NCBI GenBank assembly: GCA_964519305.1
Contig: CAZFHY010000010.1
Coordinates: 32,001 to 96,000 of the forward strand
Direction: 5' to 3'
DNA: 64,000 nt
Origin: Candidatus Undinarchaeota archaeon
GTDB lineage: Archaea > SpSt-1190 > JASMDC01
Of this stretch, positions 31,644 to 41,234 are shown piece by piece. Each line of letters begins with the position of its first letter. Within the stretch, counting starts at the first letter, position 1. The notes beneath the pieces were generated by a model, which saw only the letters and a list, made by a program, of their open reading frames with translations, was not told the origin of the DNA and did no database searches. Position numbers and translations under genes: made by a program.

Positions 31644-32332
31644 TCGGAACGCTCCGTGTCGTCCCCATCCCCACGACCATGAGCACATCCTACCTCGTCC
31701 TGGACGAGGGTGCCGTGCTTGTGGACGCTGGCCAGCCGGGTATGTCGCGACGGCTCCTCCCGTCGTTGATGCGGGCGCTCGACGGCCGGCCCCTCGACCT
31801 CCTTATCATCACCCACGCCCATCTTGATCATGGTGGTTGCGCTGAGGCCGTCGTAAAGGCCACCGGGTGCGACGTCGCCATGCACGAGCAGGCCGCGGAC
31901 GCCCTCCCCCAGGGATCACCGGTACCGCCGGGGACCTCGGCATGGGGCTCGATGCTGCGCATCCTGCTCGCACCTGCACGAGCGTTCGGTCCCCTCACCT
32001 GGCCCGATGTGGACATTGTCCTTGGAGAGCGCGCCGACCTCGCCCACTGGGGTGTTGCCGGCAGGGCGGTCCATACCCCGGGCCACACCTCCGGCTCCGT
32101 CTCTGTGGTGCTGGACAGCGGTGATGCGATCGTTGGTGACCTCGCGATGAACGGCCTTCCCATGCGGCGGGGGCCTGGCATGCCCGTTTTCGCCGAGGAC
32201 GTCGGACAGGTGTATCGTTCATGGGCCCACTTGCTGGACATGCATGCAGAGACCGTCCACCCGGCGCACGGACGACCGTTCCCTGCCTCGGTGCTAGAGC
32301 GTGCGCTCGCCGGTCGGGCGCAAGATGTTTAA
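31640..32332 (+). CDS. Metallo-beta-lactamase fold hydrolase
   Basis: THAHLDHGG, TPGHTSGS, GD, PAHG; GTGA overlap start. Confidence 0.9.
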   Translation: MIGTLRVVPIPTTMSTSYLVLDEGAVLVDAGQPGMSRRLLPSLMRALDGRPLDLLIITHAHLDHGGCAEAVVKATGCDVAMHEQAADALPQGSPVPPGTSAWGSMLRILLAPARAFGPLTWPDVDIVLGERADLAHWGVAGRAVHTPGHTSGSVSVVLDSGDAIVGDLAMNGLPMRRGPGMPVFAEDVGQVYRSWAHLLDMHAETVHPAHGRPFPASVLERALAGRAQDV

Positions 32333-32356
32333 GCGATGGTCGACCGGTAGCGGACC

Positions 32357-33133
32357 GTGGAATGCAGGAAGGTCGAGCTCGAGTGTGGTCCGGTCGCCGT
32401 GTGGGAACGGTCCGGGCACGGGCTGCCAGTACTCCTTCTCCACGGTCTGGGCGCCGACGCTCAGACCTTCGCCGGCGCCTTCGGGCCCGGAGTGCTGCCT
32501 GACAGACACCTCATCGCCCTGGACCTCCCCGGCCATGGTGCTTCGCCCCGCGGCACGTGCACATGCACGGTTGGCGACTACGCAGAGGTGGTGCTTTCCC
32601 TCCTGGCGGAGCTGGGCGTGGAGCACTACGACCTGGTGGCCCACTCCATGGGCGGTGCTGTGGGCATCGTGCTCGCCGAGCGATCCGGTGTGACCCGGTT
32701 CCTCAACGCCGAGGGAAACCTCACTGGCGAGAACTGCTTCTTCTCGGGGCCTACTGCGGCCATGGAGCGGGACCGGTTCATGCGCGAGGGACGTGTGCAG
32801 CTCCTCGGAAAGGTGGGCAGGCTCGCCGCCAGGGGCTCTGCGTGCTGGGAGTACTATGCACGGGCGCTCACCCGGTGCGATCCCGAGGCGCTCCACCGCG
32901 CGGCATGCGCGCTGGTGGACGTGTCCAACAACGCCGACCTCCTGGAGCGCTACATCGCCCTCCACAGTTCCACATGCTACGTGGTGGGCACCGAGAACGC
33001 TACCGACTTCCCCGGCAGGGAGCGGTTGTTGGAGGCCGGGTGCGAAGTGCATGCGGTCACTGGCGGTCATTTCATGATGCTCGACGACCCTGATGGTTTC
33101 TACCAGGTGGTCCGTGGGTTCCTCTTCAACTGA
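32357..33133 (+). CDS. Alpha/beta hydrolase
   Basis: LLHGLG, DLPGHG, AHSMGG, GHFMMLDDP. Confidence 0.9.
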   Translation: MECRKVELECGPVAVWERSGHGLPVLLLHGLGADAQTFAGAFGPGVLPDRHLIALDLPGHGASPRGTCTCTVGDYAEVVLSLLAELGVEHYDLVAHSMGGAVGIVLAERSGVTRFLNAEGNLTGENCFFSGPTAAMERDRFMREGRVQLLGKVGRLAARGSACWEYYARALTRCDPEALHRAACALVDVSNNADLLERYIALHSSTCYVVGTENATDFPGRERLLEAGCEVHAVTGGHFMMLDDPDGFYQVVRGFLFN

Positions 33134-33173
33134 CCGTGCGGCACGTTCGCAGGGGGCAAGTCCCAACAATAGC

Positions 33174-33181
33174 TTTATATT
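33174..33181 (+). promoter_or_regulatory. TATA box
   Basis: TTTATATT 30 nt upstream of ATG 33212. Confidence 0.65.
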
Positions 33182-33211
33182 GGCCTTTGCCGTCCTCGGA
33201 ATCGAGATACC

Positions 33212-35146
33212 ATGCCGGACGACACCATCCTCATCACACCTGATACCCGCATCCCACTGGCCCGCGTGACCAGGAACCCGGACGATGCGTTCTACCACGA
33301 GTTCCTCAAGGACTACTACGTCATCACGGCCGACGGCCAGTACCTCTTTGGGTCCACCCAACCGGGGCGGCGGCCGGACCGGGCGTTCTTCCTCGTGCCC
33401 GAGGGATACAAGCTCGGTTACAAGCAGCGGTCGTTCGACGATAAGATAGGCAAACGCGTGTACGAGGCGGCCCTTGCGTACCTCGCAGAAGAGAACGTCC
33501 CCATGGTCGTCATGGACGGTATCCAGGGCGAGGCCGGGTACGAGGTGGGGCTGCGGTTCGCTGCGAGCATGAAGAGCCGGCAGTCCGGATACATAACCTG
33601 GTTCGCCAAGCAGATGGTGTTCCCTGCCAAGGAAGGTCAGAGCCCCGACTGCTGGAACGTTATCGTGCCCGAGCGCCTGCCCGACAAGTACGTGGCCATG
33701 ATCCGCGAGGTGTGGCCCGACTACGATCCGAACGTCCCCATCACGCTCTACAACCTTACAGGTATGGACGACAACGTACGGATGGTGCTCTCTCTGGGCG
33801 TCGACTACTTCGGTGGCGACTTCAAGAAACCGAACCTCACCATGGTGTGGAACAAGGCCGAGGGCGAGGGGCTAATCTCCTACCACGCCGGATGTACCAC
33901 CGACCGGGTCCTCAAAGGCCTGTCGGGTACCGGCAAGACCACGCTCACCGTGGGTCCCGATCTGGAACAGGACGACGCCCTGCTGGGCAAGCCCGAGTAC
34001 GATGAGAACGGTAACGTCTCCCGCGTCCAGATCATCGGTCTGGAGGCCGCCTCCTACGCCAAGTCGGAGGGACTGTACGACGGCAGCCCCGAATGGGCAG
34101 GTCTCATGAGGTCCAAGATGGTCAATCCGGACGGCTCACGGCCCGTAGTGCTGTGCCAGAACATGGACTGCGAGAACGTGGAGTACGAGGTGTTCGAGGA
34201 GGGCGGCAAGCCCATCAAGGTACCCCGTGTCCAGCCCGGGAAGCAGCCGGGCCATCTCCTCTGCCAGCAGTACCACCGCTCCGGTACCACCAACGGCAGG
34301 TTCATCTTCCTGTTCACCGAGCTGAACCCCCAGTGGGGTGAGACCCCCTACAAGTACATGAAGACAGAGGCGCTGAGCTTCAAGAAGTTCGACGTGCTCG
34401 AGCCGATGTTCCGGGTGACCGATCCGGTCATGGCCGTGGCCCTCGACTCTGCATGCGAGTCGATCATCACTTCGGCCATCGCCGCCCAGCGGCCTGGCAC
34501 CCGCGTTCGTTCGTACGCCGCCACGGACTTCATGGCCCGGGAGCAGTGCCAGCAGGCCCTGCTCAAGCTCAAGGTGTACAAGGACCAGGGGCTCGGCCTT
34601 GACGGGAAGCTGGTGTTCTTCATCTCCAATGCCGGTTTCGTGGGCGAGTACAACATGGACGGAGAACAGATCAAGCACCTCGACGAGAACGACGAGCCCA
34701 TCCCCAAGATGGACAAGGAGACAGGAAAGCAGATGATCAACGCTGCGGGCGATCCCGTCTGGATCGGCCAGGGCGAGAAGATCGGCGTCCGCGACTCCAA
34801 GGGCCTTATCGACCTGGTCGAGCATCGCAAGATCAAGAGCTGGCTCGAACACCCTGTGTTCGGCTACCTCCTGCCCGATCCCAAGGAGCTTGAGGAGGTC
34901 CACGGGATGAAGGACTTCGGTAAGCGGTTCAATCCGCTCAACTACTACACTCCTGAGGAGTACATCGCCTTTGCTGAGCGGGAGATCCGCGAGCGCACGA
35001 CCTTCCTTGCAGAACTGTTCTCTGGACAGGAGGGGGAGGGCGACCTCCAGGACGTCATCCATGTGTGGGAGAACTGCACCATCCCGTCGAAGGAGGAGCT
35101 GGTCCGCTTCTACACCAAGCACTACGGACCCTGTAAGAAGGCGTAG
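33212..35146 (+). CDS. Divergent PEP carboxykinase (ATP-type)-like protein
   Basis: YFGGDFKK, SYHAG, P-loop GLSGTGKTTL, QDD, SYAK, TNGR. Confidence 0.75.
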   Translation: MPDDTILITPDTRIPLARVTRNPDDAFYHEFLKDYYVITADGQYLFGSTQPGRRPDRAFFLVPEGYKLGYKQRSFDDKIGKRVYEAALAYLAEENVPMVVMDGIQGEAGYEVGLRFAASMKSRQSGYITWFAKQMVFPAKEGQSPDCWNVIVPERLPDKYVAMIREVWPDYDPNVPITLYNLTGMDDNVRMVLSLGVDYFGGDFKKPNLTMVWNKAEGEGLISYHAGCTTDRVLKGLSGTGKTTLTVGPDLEQDDALLGKPEYDENGNVSRVQIIGLEAASYAKSEGLYDGSPEWAGLMRSKMVNPDGSRPVVLCQNMDCENVEYEVFEEGGKPIKVPRVQPGKQPGHLLCQQYHRSGTTNGRFIFLFTELNPQWGETPYKYMKTEALSFKKFDVLEPMFRVTDPVMAVALDSACESIITSAIAAQRPGTRVRSYAATDFMAREQCQQALLKLKVYKDQGLGLDGKLVFFISNAGFVGEYNMDGEQIKHLDENDEPIPKMDKETGKQMINAAGDPVWIGQGEKIGVRDSKGLIDLVEHRKIKSWLEHPVFGYLLPDPKELEEVHGMKDFGKRFNPLNYYTPEEYIAFAEREIRERTTFLAELFSGQEGEGDLQDVIHVWENCTIPSKEELVRFYTKHYGPCKKA

Positions 35147-35159
35147 TATCTGAACTACC

Positions 35160-36089
35160 ATGGACGTCCTGACGCACGGGCTCTTCTCCTACGGACTCGC
35201 ACGGCAGGTCATCGCCGAGCATGCCCTCCCCGTAGTGATAGCGGGCATTCTGCCCGACCTTGACTTCATAGCTGTCCTTATCAACCGGAAGACCGGATTA
35301 TTTGCCCACAGGAACAAGACGCACTCCATCCTAGCTACCATCCTTGGCCCCTTCCTAGTTGCAGCGGTCTACCTCGTTTCCTTCGATGTCCATGAACATG
35401 TCGGTGCTATCATCGCATTATCTGTGTTTGCAGGGATAAACCATATCCTTTTCGACATATTGACCTCGACAGCAATCCCGTTCGCATGGCCTTTCTCAGA
35501 AAAAAGGATAAAGTTCGATGTAGACAGGTCAGTAAATCCAATATTATTCGCAATAAGTGCAATATTCATCCTTGTTCTGATGTTTCTTCCCGATGAATCA
35601 CTTCTAATTACCAGAATATACATCGGACTCATTATTTTATCATTCTTCCTCAGGTTCTGCATCAAGCTATACCTTAGGTCGAAACATGGGGACGTCGATC
35701 CCATCCCCTCTTTCGACCCCTTCACCTGGGTTCTCGTGAAAAAAGAGGAAAAAGAAGAAGTACGCACAATATCATGGAGACGTATTTGCCTATATTCTTC
35801 AGAAAGTAAAGAATATTCGAATAAATATTCAATAAAGTCACCAAGATTGCCCCTAAAAAGTCCAGATGATGTCGCCGCACACACTAGAACATTCAGTATC
35901 ATCAAGAAATTCTTTGAAAGATTCAAATATCCGCTATTTGAATGCAGGAAGAATGAAAAAGAACAATGGATCGTCTTCTGGTATCCCCTGGAAATGGTGG
36001 CGTTCCACCGTTCATTCGGTATACAGTTGGTGCTTGACGATTCCTGCGACTGCGAATGGGAGTTCAGCCATCGAAAGGTGAACGCTTAG
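35160..36089 (+). CDS. Membrane metal-dependent hydrolase (YdjM/DUF457-like)
   Basis: MDVLTH, LPDLD, HRNKTHS, HILFD; markedly AT-rich. Confidence 0.85.
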   Translation: MDVLTHGLFSYGLARQVIAEHALPVVIAGILPDLDFIAVLINRKTGLFAHRNKTHSILATILGPFLVAAVYLVSFDVHEHVGAIIALSVFAGINHILFDILTSTAIPFAWPFSEKRIKFDVDRSVNPILFAISAIFILVLMFLPDESLLITRIYIGLIILSFFLRFCIKLYLRSKHGDVDPIPSFDPFTWVLVKKEEKEEVRTISWRRICLYSSESKEYSNKYSIKSPRLPLKSPDDVAAHTRTFSIIKKFFERFKYPLFECRKNEKEQWIVFWYPLEMVAFHRSFGIQLVLDDSCDCEWEFSHRKVNA

Positions 36090-36094
36090 AGCGA

Positions 36095-36664
36095 TCATCC
36101 AGGTATCGCATACTCGTGGAAGCGACCGGGCGCATCCCGGTCGTAGTAGCCGACGGGCGGGAGCTCCACGTTAAGTGCATCGAACCGGTCCCTCAGCTCG
36201 ACCAGCTCACCCTCACCGAGCCCCTGTGGGACATAGAGCCTGTTGGGCGCTGCCCCGATGACGGGGAGAATCCCTTCCCAGTCCACTCGACGCGCGTCGT
36301 AGCCAAGGACACCCTTGTCCGCGAAATCGTAGACAGAGTCCAGGTCGTACCGCTCGCCCACCGTGTGCTCCACGGTCTCCCAGAATCCGGGTTCGTCCTC
36401 CGGGCGGCAGGTGGGACATGGGATGAACCCTAGGTCGACCAGCTTCTCCAGCCCTTCGTCACCGACGGCGAGCACGACCTCCGAATAGCCCTTGGGGCCC
36501 CGGTTGCCCGCGGTGCAGTCGGTCCTTCCGAGCAGTCCCGTTGAAAGCCTGGCGGACCAGACGTCGGGCCGTTCCTCCCGCTGTCTGAGGACGCCCACGA
36601 GCTCGCGGGTGCTCATATCCCGGTCAGTACCGTCCAAGTAGACGTGGTACCGTTCTTCGGACAC
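36095..36664 (-). CDS. Hypothetical protein with degenerate Ada-type metal-binding motif
   Basis: STGLLGRTDC...GFIPCPTCRP resembles Ada N-domain TGIFCRPSC...GFRPCKRC. Confidence 0.6.
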   Translation of the reverse strand: MSEERYHVYLDGTDRDMSTRELVGVLRQREERPDVWSARLSTGLLGRTDCTAGNRGPKGYSEVVLAVGDEGLEKLVDLGFIPCPTCRPEDEPGFWETVEHTVGERYDLDSVYDFADKGVLGYDARRVDWEGILPVIGAAPNRLYVPQGLGEGELVELRDRFDALNVELPPVGYYDRDAPGRFHEYAIPG

Positions 36665-36762
36665 AGCACCGGCGGCACGGGAACCGGTATTAATACCTTT
36701 CGAAGGTGCTTGGGCCGGACGCTGGCAAACCCTTATAGCTGCCCTCCTATCACACGAATGTC

Positions 36763-37461
36763 TTGGGAAAGACGAGCCGTCAGCGTGAGGTTGCGTCGGA
36801 CACGCTAGTGTTCTTCGTCCGGGGGGAAGCGACGTGCTCCGCCTGTGGGACAGGGATCGCCAATGGTGGCTTCATCACCAAGCAACGGGGCAGGACTCTC
36901 TGCCTGGGCTGCGCCGGCTTGGACGGTCTTACCTACCTCCCCAAAGGTGATGCTACTCTAACTCGTCGCGCGTCGAAGCACTCCCCTGTCACAGTGAAAG
37001 TGGTCACACGGGTCTACCGCAACCGACGCTACAAACGTCACGGCATCCTCGTGGAGCAGAAAGCACTGAAGCAGGCCGAGAAGGAGTGCCGGGCGGATGC
37101 CGAAGAGCGTGCTAGACGGCGGAAAGCGCGGGAGCGGGAACAGGTCTCGCGCTTCGCCCGTGCCGTGCGCCGGCGCTATCCCTCGTGCCCGAAGGGTGCT
37201 GAACGCAAGATCGCCCGCCATGCCTGCGAGACATCGAGCGGCCGCGTCGGACGTACCGCTGAGGCCAAGCGACTGGACGGCAGAGCAGTGGAGCTCGCGA
37301 TGCGGGCCCACATCCGCCACCATCACACAACCTACGACTCACTTATCGATGGAGGCATGGCCAAGGTCAAGGCCCGGGCTGCGGTCGCTCAGAAAGTGGA
37401 GTCCGTGGTCAAGCGGTGGAGCACACCACGTAAGGACAGCAGGGGCCCGGTACGCAGGTGA
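36763..37461 (+). CDS. DUF2293 domain protein
   Basis: CLGCAGLD.L.YLP.GDATLTRRA; YPSCP..IARHA..SGRVGRT..AHIRHHHTTYD. Confidence 0.85.
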   Translation: MGKTSRQREVASDTLVFFVRGEATCSACGTGIANGGFITKQRGRTLCLGCAGLDGLTYLPKGDATLTRRASKHSPVTVKVVTRVYRNRRYKRHGILVEQKALKQAEKECRADAEERARRRKAREREQVSRFARAVRRRYPSCPKGAERKIARHACETSSGRVGRTAEAKRLDGRAVELAMRAHIRHHHTTYDSLIDGGMAKVKARAAVAQKVESVVKRWSTPRKDSRGPVRR

Positions 37462-37470
37462 TGGGTGAGC

Positions 37471-38391
37471 TCAGGCCTTCTCGGCGTTGGCCTTCTTCTC
37501 GGCCATCTTCTTCTTGACCTCAGCGAGCTTTGCGGCCTTCTCCTTCTCGGCCTTTGCCGCGCGTTCCTTACTTGAGGCCTCGATCTCGTCAGCGGGCCTG
37601 CGGTCATCGATGCACTTCTTCGGGCATTTGTCGGCGCACGCTCCGCACGCGGTGCACTTCTCATAGTCGATGACAGCGAGGTTATCCTCCACGTGGATAG
37701 CGTCAGCAGGGCACACACGCTCGCACATCTTGCAGGCTATACAGCCTACCTTGCACAGCTTGCCCACGACCTTCCCTGGATCGTGGGAGGAGCAGAGCAC
37801 GTGGATCTTAGCTTCCTTGGGCACGAGCTCGAACAGGCCCTTGGGACAGGCCTTGACGCACGCACCGCACGCTACACAGTTGGCCGTGATCACGTGCGGG
37901 ATCCCGCCTTCACCATAGGTGAGCGCGTTGAACTTGCAGGCGTCGACACAGTCGCCCAGCGCGATACACCCGTAGGAACACTTCTTAGGCCCAGTACCTA
38001 CAAGGGCCGCAGCAGAGCAGCACTCGATACCCTCGTACACGCAGTGGAGTCCGCACACGGCCTCGGTACCCCTGCACCGGTTCACGGCGACCTGTGGCTC
38101 TTTATCCTCTACCTCGGCCCCCATGATCTCAGCGATCTTGGCAGCGGCCTCTGCCCCGGCAGGAGTACAACCGTCAGCAGCGGCTTTGCCCTCGACCACG
38201 AGCTCGGCGTAGGCATCGCAGCCGGCCAGGCCGCACGCACCACAGTTGGCACCAGCCAGGAGCTCACGGATCTGGCCCACACGGGGATCTGTCTCCACGT
38301 GGAACGCCTTGGAGGCGAACGAAAGCCCGATGCCGAATATGAAGCCCAGCGCTCCCATGGCGGCCATTGCAGCGACGACCGGCTCTACCAT
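37471..38391 (-). CDS. rnfB: Rnf complex subunit B
   Basis: N-terminal TM, DPRV..LAGANCGACG..GC, multiple CxxCxxCxxxCP. Confidence 0.95.
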   Translation of the reverse strand: MVEPVVAAMAAMGALGFIFGIGLSFASKAFHVETDPRVGQIRELLAGANCGACGLAGCDAYAELVVEGKAAADGCTPAGAEAAAKIAEIMGAEVEDKEPQVAVNRCRGTEAVCGLHCVYEGIECCSAAALVGTGPKKCSYGCIALGDCVDACKFNALTYGEGGIPHVITANCVACGACVKACPKGLFELVPKEAKIHVLCSSHDPGKVVGKLCKVGCIACKMCERVCPADAIHVEDNLAVIDYEKCTACGACADKCPKKCIDDRRPADEIEASSKERAAKAEKEKAAKLAEVKKKMAEKKANAEKA

Positions 38392-38969
38392 CAGAGCATC
38401 CCCCCGAAGCCACTGAAGGCCATGGCCAGGATGCCCGCGGTAATGAGCGCGATCGGAGCGCCCTCCAGGGGCTTGGGTACGTCCGCCAGCTCAAGCCGCT
38501 CACGGATCCCCGACATGATGAGCAGCGCCAGAGTGAACCCGGCGCCCGCACCAAGGGCGAACACAACGGTCCTGATGAGGTCGTTGGCGTCGATGGTGTT
38601 GAGCAGGGTAAGACCCAAGATGGCGCAGTTCGTTGTGATGAGCGGCAGATAGATACCGAACGCCTTGAACAGCGCCTGCTGGTACTTCTTCATGTACATC
38701 TCGATCAGCTGCACCAATGTGGCGATGATGAGGATGTACGAGACTATCTGCAGGAACATCAGCCCGAACGGCTCCAGCACGTAGTTGAAGACCAGCCATG
38801 TGGCCAGGTTGGCCAGCGTCATCACGAAGGTGACGGCCGCGCCCATACCGGCGGCCGACTCGGTCTTCTTGGAGACGCCCAGGAACGGGCAGATCCCCAG
38901 GAACTTGTACAGCACGAAGTTGTTGACCACGGCTGCGCCGAAGAACAGGATGAACAGATCGCGGATCAT
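38391..38969 (-). CDS. rnfA: Rnf complex subunit A
   Basis: NNFVL.KFLGICPFLGVS; YLPLITTNCAILG. Confidence 0.96.
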   Translation of the reverse strand: MIRDLFILFFGAAVVNNFVLYKFLGICPFLGVSKKTESAAGMGAAVTFVMTLANLATWLVFNYVLEPFGLMFLQIVSYILIIATLVQLIEMYMKKYQQALFKAFGIYLPLITTNCAILGLTLLNTIDANDLIRTVVFALGAGAGFTLALLIMSGIRERLELADVPKPLEGAPIALITAGILAMAFSGFGGML

Positions 38970-39607
38970 CGGCACTCACCTCCGCACTCGGCGCACGACA
39001 GTTTCGCTTGTCGCTGGTCATACCAGTTCATGAACCCGATGAGGAATCCCAGGGTGAGGAACGCCCCCGGCGGGAGCACCATGATGAGCATGGGCTTGAA
39101 ACCTGCCCAGAACACCGCGTAGCCGAAGATCGTGCCGAAGCCCAGCGCCTCGCGGATGCTGGCGAGCACGATGAGGCCGAGAGTGAACCCGAGCCCCGAG
39201 CCCAGCGCGTCCATGAGCGACGGGACGACGCCGTTCTTCGACGCGAACGCCTCGATGCGTCCGAGGATTATGCAGTTCACCACGATGAGGGGAACGAAGA
39301 TCCCCAGGATCTTGTGGATGTCCGGCAGGAACGCTGCGAGCATGTAGTCAGCTATGGTGACGAACGTCGCGACCACCACGATGAAGATCGGGATGCGCAC
39401 CTTCGGTGGGATGAAGCGCTTGAACATCGAGATGAGCACTGACGAGCACACCAGCACGAAGGTAGCGGCGCCGCCCATGACGACGCCATTGATCGCCGTG
39501 TTGGTCACGGCCAGCGTCGGACACATTCCCAGCAGTAGTCGGAGCACGGGGTTCTGCGCCCATACGCCCTTGGAGAATATGGTCCCGAGAGATTCTTCTT
39601 CCGCCAT
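38966..39607 (-). CDS. rnfE: Rnf complex subunit E
   Basis: NPVLRLLLGMCPTLAVT; PLIVVNCIILGR; LPPGAF. Confidence 0.96.
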   Translation of the reverse strand: MAEEESLGTIFSKGVWAQNPVLRLLLGMCPTLAVTNTAINGVVMGGAATFVLVCSSVLISMFKRFIPPKVRIPIFIVVVATFVTIADYMLAAFLPDIHKILGIFVPLIVVNCIILGRIEAFASKNGVVPSLMDALGSGLGFTLGLIVLASIREALGFGTIFGYAVFWAGFKPMLIMVLPPGAFLTLGFLIGFMNWYDQRQAKLSCAECGGECR

Positions 39608-40164
39608 TATTTACCTCCCCCCTGTGCATTGAGGCCGTTCACCGAACCGACCACCATATCGACCACTTTGCTCGACGAGATGGTTGCTCCAGTGATCGTG
39701 TCGAACTGGCCCGCCCTCAACGGAGCCTTCTTCCCGGCGAACTGGCCCTTGAAGAAGTCCTCCTTGATACGCTCGCCCAAGCCCGGGGTCTCGAGGTGGT
39801 CGAGCACCTTGATACCGGTGACGGTGGCCTTATTGCCCCTCACATCGACACCGACGAGCAGCTTCATGGAGCCGCCGAATCCGATGCCCTCGACCTTCAT
39901 GGCGTATCCGGCCACCGTGTTGCCGATGTACCCGGCGTATACGGCACGGACACCCTCCTTCTCGGTCGAGATGAGCGCATGATCAGCGAGCTCTTCAAAG
40001 CGTTCCCCGGCAGGGAACACCTCCTTCTGAGCTATCTCGAGGGCCTTGCGCTGGTTCTCCTCGATGTACGGCTTGGTGGTGTCGTACACCATGGCCAGCG
40101 ACATGCCCGAGAGCAGGCACACGACAACCAGCGCTGCTGTCAGCTGTACGGTCTCGCTCACCAT
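39607..40164 (-). CDS. rnfG: Rnf complex subunit G
   Basis: GFGG, ETPGLG, FMN site DTITGATISS. Confidence 0.95.
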   Translation of the reverse strand: MVSETVQLTAALVVVCLLSGMSLAMVYDTTKPYIEENQRKALEIAQKEVFPAGERFEELADHALISTEKEGVRAVYAGYIGNTVAGYAMKVEGIGFGGSMKLLVGVDVRGNKATVTGIKVLDHLETPGLGERIKEDFFKGQFAGKKAPLRAGQFDTITGATISSSKVVDMVVGSVNGLNAQGGGK

Positions 40165-41234
40165 CAGTCATCACCCTCCTTGGTGACGGCCCCGAACGGT
40201 TCGGGTGCTGTGAGTCTGTCGATGAGCGGGGTGAACCCGTTCATGATGAGGATCGAGAACATCACTCCCTCGGGGAGCCCGCCGAACTGGCGGATCACGG
40301 CCGTAAGGAGGCCGCACCCCATGCCGAACACTATGCGTCCGCGCTGGGTGATGGGGCTGGTCACGTAATCGGTGGCCATGAAGAACGCGCCGAGGATGAG
40401 GCCGCCCGCAAGGACGTGGTAGAGGCCCATGAACATGTGAGCGTTGAACGCCATCATGAGCACGAACACCGTGCCCACATAGGAAAACGGGATGCGCCAG
40501 TCGATGATGTCCTTGTAGAATAGGTAGGCGGCACCCAATAGGAGCGCTGCCACCGAGGTCTCGCCGAGCACACCGCCAACGTTCCCCCAGAACGCGTCGG
40601 CGAAGGGCGGGAGGGGTCCTGCCGTGATGAACGGTTCGTGCGAGAAGTACGTTGTAAGGGGGCTTGCCTGCGTCACTGCGTCCGAGGACGCTAAGCGGGC
40701 CGCGGTCTTGAGGTGCGACAACGGTGTCGCCATGGTCACGGCATCGACGCCCACGGGCATCCGGGCCGCCATGAGCACGGGCCAGGAGGCCACGAGGAAC
40801 GCACGACCCGTGAGCGCTGGATTGAATATATTATAGCCCAGCCCGCCGAAGGCGAACTTCGCGACGATGATGGCGAAGGCACTGCCGATCGCGGCCATCC
40901 ACAGCGGGACACCGGAGGAGAGGGTGAGGGCGAGCAGGAGGCCTGTGAGCACTGCTGAACCATCGTTCACGGTGACGGGCTTGCAGAACCACTTCTGGAG
41001 CGCGGCCTCGGTGGCCACGCACGCGACGATGCAAGTAAGGATGACAAGGAGCGCGTCAGCACCGAAGAAGTACACACCGGCAGCGGCGGCCGGTACGAGG
41101 GCCAGTACGACGTCCCACATTATTGAACGGACGGTGTCGGGATTGCGCGCGTGGGGGCTCGTGGACAGGATGTACGGTTCTTCTACCTTCTTCTCGGCCT
41201 TCTTCTCAGTCTTCTTCTCGTCTGCCATCTTCAT
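40164..41234 (-). CDS. rnfD: Rnf complex subunit D
   Basis: SPH..IMWDV; FGGLGYNIFNPA; GETS; FFMATDYVTSP; start at ATGA overlap with rnfC stop. Confidence 0.95.
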   Translation of the reverse strand: MKMADEKKTEKKAEKKVEEPYILSTSPHARNPDTVRSIMWDVVLALVPAAAAGVYFFGADALLVILTCIVACVATEAALQKWFCKPVTVNDGSAVLTGLLLALTLSSGVPLWMAAIGSAFAIIVAKFAFGGLGYNIFNPALTGRAFLVASWPVLMAARMPVGVDAVTMATPLSHLKTAARLASSDAVTQASPLTTYFSHEPFITAGPLPPFADAFWGNVGGVLGETSVAALLLGAAYLFYKDIIDWRIPFSYVGTVFVLMMAFNAHMFMGLYHVLAGGLILGAFFMATDYVTSPITQRGRIVFGMGCGLLTAVIRQFGGLPEGVMFSILIMNGFTPLIDRLTAPEPFGAVTKEGDD

